This document shows positions 59,269 through 64,000 of a DNA stretch of 64,000 bases, in pieces. Each line of letters starts with the position of its first letter. Within the stretch, counting starts at the first letter, position 1. Origin of the DNA: Candidatus Falkowbacteria bacterium (lineage in GTDB: Bacteria > Patescibacteriota > Patescibacteriia > UBA11705); NCBI GenBank assembly GCA_003518055.1, contig DOZJ01000004.1:6073-70072 (forward strand), written 5' to 3'. A program made the translations under genes and the position numbers. Under the pieces are notes generated by a model, which saw nothing but the letters and a program-made list of their open reading frames with translations, did not search any database and was not told where the DNA came from.

Positions 59269-59297
59269 ATCAATCTCTCAATTCTCTCAATCTCTTA

Positions 59298-60194
59298 TTA
59301 TCTCAACCCAAACCTCTCAATATTCTCATCCGCCTGCTTCTGCATTCGTTTGATAATTTTTTTACCCTCTTCATTATTACCCAAATGACGGAATCGTCCT
59401 TGCAGCTCCAAAAATCTCTCGACCCGTGGCGTCTCATTTGGGACTTTCATCACTGACGATAACCTTCCATTTACGTATTCAAACACCGGATACAAACCGG
59501 TTTCCTGCGCCAGCTTTGCCACTTTTATTGCGTTGCACGCCTCCACATTCCATCCGGGCGCGCACGTTGAATAAACCTGAATATATCTCGGCCCTTTGAT
59601 CGCCGCCGCTTTTTTTACTTTTTCCCGAAAATCACTCAAATCACCGACCGTCGCAGTTGCCACATATGGCAACCCATGAGCCAGAGCAATCGCCGGCAGA
59701 TCTTTTTTATGAAGCAGGTTGCCGGTGGAAAAACTCGTCGCCGGCGTCGTCATGGTATACGATCCAATCGGCGTCGAACCGCTCGACTGCGCGCCAGTAT
59801 TCATATACGCCTCATTGTCATAACAAATATACAAAATATTATCGCCTCGGGTCCACGCCCCGGAATTCAACGCCAATCCGATATCAAAGAAAAAACCATC
59901 TCCGCCGTGAACAACCACATTGACATCGTCTTGTTTTTTCCGTTTTAACATCGCCAAAACACCTGTCGCCACCGGCGCCGGATTTTCAAACAATGAATGA
60001 ATATACGGCACACGAAAAACTGACGCCGGATATTTTGTCGTCGTCACCTCGGAACAGCCGGTCGCGCCGCACACGATTGTTTTGTCGCCGAGCGTATTCA
60101 CCGCCATGGTCAAAGCGACAATCATGCCGCAGCCCACACACGCAGTATGACCGGGCGCGATGAGACTATATGATTTTTCTTTTTTTATCTTCAT
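59298..60194 (-). CDS. porB: Pyruvate/2-oxoacid:ferredoxin oxidoreductase beta subunit (TPP-binding).
   Basis: CVGCGM (Cys cluster); GGDGFFFDIG (TPP GDG motif); 298 aa. Confidence 0.85.
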   Translation of the reverse strand: MKIKKEKSYSLIAPGHTACVGCGMIVALTMAVNTLGDKTIVCGATGCSEVTTTKYPASVFRVPYIHSLFENPAPVATGVLAMLKRKKQDDVNVVVHGGDGFFFDIGLALNSGAWTRGDNILYICYDNEAYMNTGAQSSGSTPIGSYTMTTPATSFSTGNLLHKKDLPAIALAHGLPYVATATVGDLSDFREKVKKAAAIKGPRYIQVYSTCAPGWNVEACNAIKVAKLAQETGLYPVFEYVNGRLSSVMKVPNETPRVERFLELQGRFRHLGNNEEGKKIIKRMQKQADENIERFGLR

Positions 60195-60196
60195 AC

Positions 60197-62107
60197 CTAT
60201 TTACACAGTCTGAGTGAACCAATAAGCGCTAGCTCCTCACACTTTTTTCCGGTTGGACAATCATTATCACCCCGGCAACCACAAACGCGTTTCCCCATAA
60301 ACTCAGGAAAATACTGACTTCTGGAAGGATTATTACAAAGGTTTGTTAAACACTGGTCAGCATCATCACACTCTGCTCCATATGACCGCCTCTCAAGACA
60401 ACGGCCGCCCACAGTTTCATCAATCTTACAATATTGTTCATCATCACAATCTTCGTCATCATCACAACCGCAGGTTCCTTTTTGACAAGAATCGGACAAA
60501 CATTCCCAATCGTCATCACACGCCTGTGTTATAGTCTTCCCCGGAACACAGGTATTTTGCATCCCCGAATTTTCTTTACACAGCATCCCTTCAGGACAAC
60601 TCCCATCATTCGGACTGCATTCACAAATCCCCGTGGCATCATAGCAATCACCGCTGATACACCCATCATCCCCTCGATCGCCACAAGCAGTGCCGGACGG
60701 AACCTTGTCTGTAGTAGAACAAACCCCCCAATTTCCGGTATCCACACATATTTTCCCAAACGGACAATCCGCCGTGCTATTGCATGAACATCTATAGGTA
60801 ATTATTTCTTGATCACTGACTTGTTCTGAAGCAACACAACTGCCTTTTATACATTCAGAATCATTTCCAGTACAAACATTCCCGATCGGAATACTGCCTT
60901 TTGTAACATAACATTCATCATCCTCATAAGAATGTCCATCTTTATCTACCATATCCGCTATCGGTTTATCACCGCAAAACAATTTTCGTGTATCCACATC
61001 AATACTAATCGCTGTTTTATCAGTCCCCACCAATTCATTCCTATTGATCAAATCGCAACCTTCGGTTATCACCAACCGCCCATCTCCACCACAGCTGTAT
61101 TTACAGCAAATAGAACCATCAATTCCAATCGGATTGCCATATCTATCTATTGAATATGAATGATCCCAACTTGGACCAAAAGCCGGAGTATTGGATTCAA
61201 TTGATAAATAATAAGTTTGAGCATTAAATTCATCGCTTCCGACCCAATTTGGCAAAACATCATTCTGACCAATGGAATAATTTGTTTTCTCAGAATAAAA
61301 ACGCGCCAACCCCATTTGAGTATCCTCTGCACCAATTCTATTAGCTTTCAATCTGACATAATCCACGTATGCTTCGGGATATTCAATTATATCTCCATAA
61401 ACATAAGCGAAAACACATTGATATGTCCCATCAAACTGATCACAGGCATCAGTTGGATTATCACATTTACTAGATATACATGTTTTTTGAGTCAAATTCA
61501 TCTGCACGCCACGCTCAACAGCTTTATTGTATTCAATTTCATATGTTTTTCCATCTCCGCATTTGGCCGTCGCCGGGTCATATCCCTTGATCGTAAACAT
61601 GGTCTGATCCAATCTTTCACAAAACTTCGAATCACCGGTCACAATTTCAATTCGTTTCACCTGTTCCACCTCAATCGACGGCAGCTTGGTTAAATCCGGA
61701 TTAATTTGATACAAAATTAAATATGACCCGAATAAAATCACCATGCCGAACAACGATGATAATATATACCCCTTGGCCTTGGAGACACTGCCCGGGTTCA
61801 CCCCGGCTGTGAGATACATCAACCCGCCGACGATTATCATCAACACCGAGAACATCGCCCCGATCCGTAAACCATAAAAATAAATCGCTCCGATATATTG
61901 CGCGATCCACGGAATTTTCGTGCAATCATTATCCGGATTGTTCGAACACGGCCCGACAATCGGCTCATCCAATTTGGTTAAATCGCCGATCGGTACATTC
62001 AGCGTCACATCACGGATATCCGCCGCGAGTGCCATCGCCACATCGAGCACGGTAAATAAAACAAACACCGTGATAAATAAAATTAGCAATTTATTTTTGT
62101 TTTTCAT
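60197..62107 (-). CDS. Large Cys-rich surface protein with an N-terminal VirB2/TrbC-like two-helix membrane module. Paralog of 1314..2108 with the module order swapped.
   Basis: N-terminal IAQYIGAIYFYGLRIGAMFSVLMIIVGGLMYLTAGV...KAKGYILSSLFGMVILFGSYLILYQI aligns to the C-terminus of the 1314..2108 protein. The C-terminal half carries many Cys modules such as CDDDWECLSDSCQKGTCGC and CDDADQCLTNLC. Confidence 0.6.
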   Translation of the reverse strand: MKNKNKLLILFITVFVLFTVLDVAMALAADIRDVTLNVPIGDLTKLDEPIVGPCSNNPDNDCTKIPWIAQYIGAIYFYGLRIGAMFSVLMIIVGGLMYLTAGVNPGSVSKAKGYILSSLFGMVILFGSYLILYQINPDLTKLPSIEVEQVKRIEIVTGDSKFCERLDQTMFTIKGYDPATAKCGDGKTYEIEYNKAVERGVQMNLTQKTCISSKCDNPTDACDQFDGTYQCVFAYVYGDIIEYPEAYVDYVRLKANRIGAEDTQMGLARFYSEKTNYSIGQNDVLPNWVGSDEFNAQTYYLSIESNTPAFGPSWDHSYSIDRYGNPIGIDGSICCKYSCGGDGRLVITEGCDLINRNELVGTDKTAISIDVDTRKLFCGDKPIADMVDKDGHSYEDDECYVTKGSIPIGNVCTGNDSECIKGSCVASEQVSDQEIITYRCSCNSTADCPFGKICVDTGNWGVCSTTDKVPSGTACGDRGDDGCISGDCYDATGICECSPNDGSCPEGMLCKENSGMQNTCVPGKTITQACDDDWECLSDSCQKGTCGCDDDEDCDDEQYCKIDETVGGRCLERRSYGAECDDADQCLTNLCNNPSRSQYFPEFMGKRVCGCRGDNDCPTGKKCEELALIGSLRLCK

Positions 62108-62225
62108 ACTTGATTATCAAAAAATATAATTTGTCACATAAACTCTGTATAAGACTGCCGATCTTGTCACACTAAACCTTTTAATAAACTTAATTTTAAA
62201 CTCAAAATAATCAACTGGCGACATT

Positions 62226-63425
62226 TTACTTCAACATTTTTTCAAAAATTACTCGTATTTCTTCTTTCGTAATATCTCTGCCCCCGAGTCCCATTGAATA
62301 TGATTTGATTTCCGCTGAACTTTTGCCGTAAAGCGCTGCTTTGACTTCCAAATCCAACCCGCCGGTACTGCCAAACGCGATATCTTTTTCTATAATCGCG
62401 ATTTTTTCGCAACCATTCAATACTTCACCTATTTCCTTTTTGGGAAACGGCCGGAACATCACCACATTCACCACCCCCACCCCCCTGTCACCCTGCTTGT
62501 CCCCCTGGTTTATCCTCTCTCGCTTGTCACCATGCTTGTCCGCCGAAACGCTAGTGAAGGCGGAAGGCTCTCGAAGGGTCGAGTTCAATTCATCCACCGT
62601 GTCTTTTATCGTTCCGACCACTGACCCGAAAGAAATTATCACCGCCTCCGGCTTTTTGGCGCCGTAATATTCAACCGATTTATACTCACGGCCGAAAACC
62701 TGTTTAAATTTTTTATTTTCTTTTATAAACAATCCTTCAGCCGCCAGCAAATCCTGCTGCAGCTCTTGTCTGAATTCCTGATAATGCTCCGGCGTCACGA
62801 ACGCGCCCAAAGTCACCGGATGATTAACGTCCAAAATCGTATTCTTCGCCGCTTTATATCTCGGCAGAAATTGTCTTATCTGATTTTTACTCGGGACATC
62901 AACCGGCTCAACCGTATGCGTCAAAATAAAGCCATCCATATTCACCACCGCCGGCACTCTTAATTCTTCCGCCATTCTATAAGCTATGATATGCAAATCC
63001 ACCGCCGCCTGATTATCCTCGGCAAAAAGCATCATCCACCCAGCGTCGCGCATGGCCATCGCGTCCTGCTGGTCATTCCAGATATTGATCGGCGCCGACA
63101 CCGCCCGATTGGCGAGCGTCATCACCACTGGCAGCCTGAGCCCGGCCGTCGCGTAGACCACCTCCATCATCAGGAGTAATCCCTGCGCGCTTGTGGCCGT
63201 ATACGTCCGCCCGCCGGCCGCCGCCGCCCCCTGCACAATTGACGCGGCCGCGAACTCACTGTCAGCTTGAATAAATTCAAAATCCGCCCGATGGGAATTT
63301 TTCAGCCACGCGAGATATTCCACTATATGTGTTTGCGGGGTGATCGGATACGAGGCGACGACATCCGGCTGGCAATTCGCCACCGCGCTCGCTACCGCTT
63401 CCGAACCCTCAATGCATTTTTTCAT
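62226..63425 (-). CDS. porA: Pyruvate/2-oxoacid:ferredoxin oxidoreductase alpha subunit.
   Basis: GSEAVASAVANCQPDVVASYPITPQT; typical domain order. It carries an in-frame insertion of about 38 aa at about residues 281-318. Confidence 0.85.
   Translation of the reverse strand: MKKCIEGSEAVASAVANCQPDVVASYPITPQTHIVEYLAWLKNSHRADFEFIQADSEFAAASIVQGAAAAGGRTYTATSAQGLLLMMEVVYATAGLRLPVVMTLANRAVSAPINIWNDQQDAMAMRDAGWMMLFAEDNQAAVDLHIIAYRMAEELRVPAVVNMDGFILTHTVEPVDVPSKNQIRQFLPRYKAAKNTILDVNHPVTLGAFVTPEHYQEFRQELQQDLLAAEGLFIKENKKFKQVFGREYKSVEYYGAKKPEAVIISFGSVVGTIKDTVDELNSTLREPSAFTSVSADKHGDKRERINQGDKQGDRGVGVVNVVMFRPFPKKEIGEVLNGCEKIAIIEKDIAFGSTGGLDLEVKAALYGKSSAEIKSYSMGLGGRDITKEEIRVIFEKMLK
62472..62585. repeat. 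Repeat-like insertion inside porA that preserves the reading frame. It shares tgtcaccctg and ctctcgaagggt motifs with the intergenic sequence at 63430-63480.
   Basis: The encoded segment NSTLREPSAFTSVSADKHGDKRERINQGDKQGDRGVGV has no counterpart in PorA family proteins. The nucleotide motifs were matched by eye. Confidence 0.5.
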
Positions 63426-63515
63426 AATTTTTATACTTTGTCACCCTGAGCCTGCCTACCCTGAGACTCTCGAAGGGTTACACTCGTTCGACAACTTCAA
63501 CATGACACAAAAAAT

Positions 63516-64000
63516 TTAATTTAATTCCCTTTTTAGCTCTCTAATAAGTTTAATATTTTTTTCCAGAATCTCCGGCCGATCGTGAAAAACTTCCTTCACC
63601 GCTTTGATCACATTCTCCAATTTGATTAACCCTGTTTGCTGGGCAAACCAATAAACCATGGCTGTATTGACAATATCCCGACCCAAAAACTTCTTGACTA
63701 CTGATGCCATATCATAAACCACGACCGTAATCATTTTATTTTTGGGTTTATAATCAACGGCATTGGCAAAAACCAACCCTTTTTTCTTCAACCCATCAAA
63801 CACATCAACCTGATCAAACAACCGCTGATCGAACACCAACAAATAATCCGGCTCATAGATATGCGCTCTGAGTCTAATCGGCTTATTATCAATTCTAACA
63901 TATGACTCCACCGGCGCCCCGCGTCTTTCAACCCCAAAAAAAGGAAACGCCTGCACTTGGTGACCTTCATAAAACGCGGCCTTTGCCAGCATCTCTGCCG
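63516..64000 (-). CDS. porC: Pyruvate/2-oxoacid:ferredoxin oxidoreductase gamma subunit; N-terminus beyond the window.
   Basis: AEMLAKAAFYEGHQVQAFPFFGVERRGAPV; the frame is open to the window edge. Confidence 0.75.
   Translation of the reverse strand, partial: AEMLAKAAFYEGHQVQAFPFFGVERRGAPVESYVRIDNKPIRLRAHIYEPDYLLVFDQRLFDQVDVFDGLKKKGLVFANAVDYKPKNKMITVVVYDMASVVKKFLGRDIVNTAMVYWFAQQTGLIKLENVIKAVKEVFHDRPEILEKNIKLIRELKRELN

Noticed and set aside
1-64000. Diversity-generating retroelement or reverse-transcriptase signatures.
   Set aside because: No RT motifs (YxDD) or template/variable repeat pairs were found by inspection.

Overview
This 64 kb window is densely coding and reads like a small-genome, uncultivated bacterium, possibly CPR/Patescibacteria-like (inference from gene content only). 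I found no rRNA genes and no CRISPR array. Most of the backbone is housekeeping: a partial rel/spoT gene, parB-parA, hisG/purC-like/rdgB, scpB and scpA, guaB, an nrnA-like phosphoesterase, aspS and asnS, cfa, rluD, a CCA-adding enzyme, gmk, rplS, trpS, uvrA, porC-porA-porB, and five tRNAs (Leu-CAA, fMet-CAT, Met-CAT, Trp-CCA). Four accessory or odd blocks are inserted into it:

(1) A roughly 9 kb, GC-richer, all-minus-strand block separates scpB from scpA. It carries an SsuABC-like ABC transporter, a 2-TM coiled-coil membrane protein, two paralogous proteins in which a solute-binding domain is fused to an OmpA-like C-terminal domain, and a VWA lipoprotein.

(2) A five-gene, AT-rich aminosugar-modification cassette is packed in one operon between asnS and aspS. 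It encodes a NeuC-like UDP-GlcNAc 2-epimerase, a class-III aminotransferase, an FMN alpha-hydroxy-acid dehydrogenase, a Pol-beta-type nucleotidyltransferase and a Gfo/Idh/MocA oxidoreductase.

(3) A tryptophan-centred locus holds a candidate T-box leader on the minus strand upstream of a TrpD-like/BtpA-like pair, with trpS, a group-II PLP decarboxylase and tRNA-Trp next to it.

(4) A 636-aa Cys-rich protein with a VirB2/TrbC-like two-helix membrane module is inserted between porA and porB. A smaller paralog at 1.3 kb carries the same two modules in the opposite order. porA also carries an in-frame insertion of roughly 114 bp of repeat-like sequence.

Other notable items are a dUTPase fused to a degenerate dCMP-deaminase-like domain; an IS200/RAYT-like tnpA with a perfect 18-bp hairpin inside its coding sequence; two 121-bp tandem repeats after tRNA-Leu that each re-copy the tRNA 3' end; and several families of intergenic palindromes and direct-repeat arrays.
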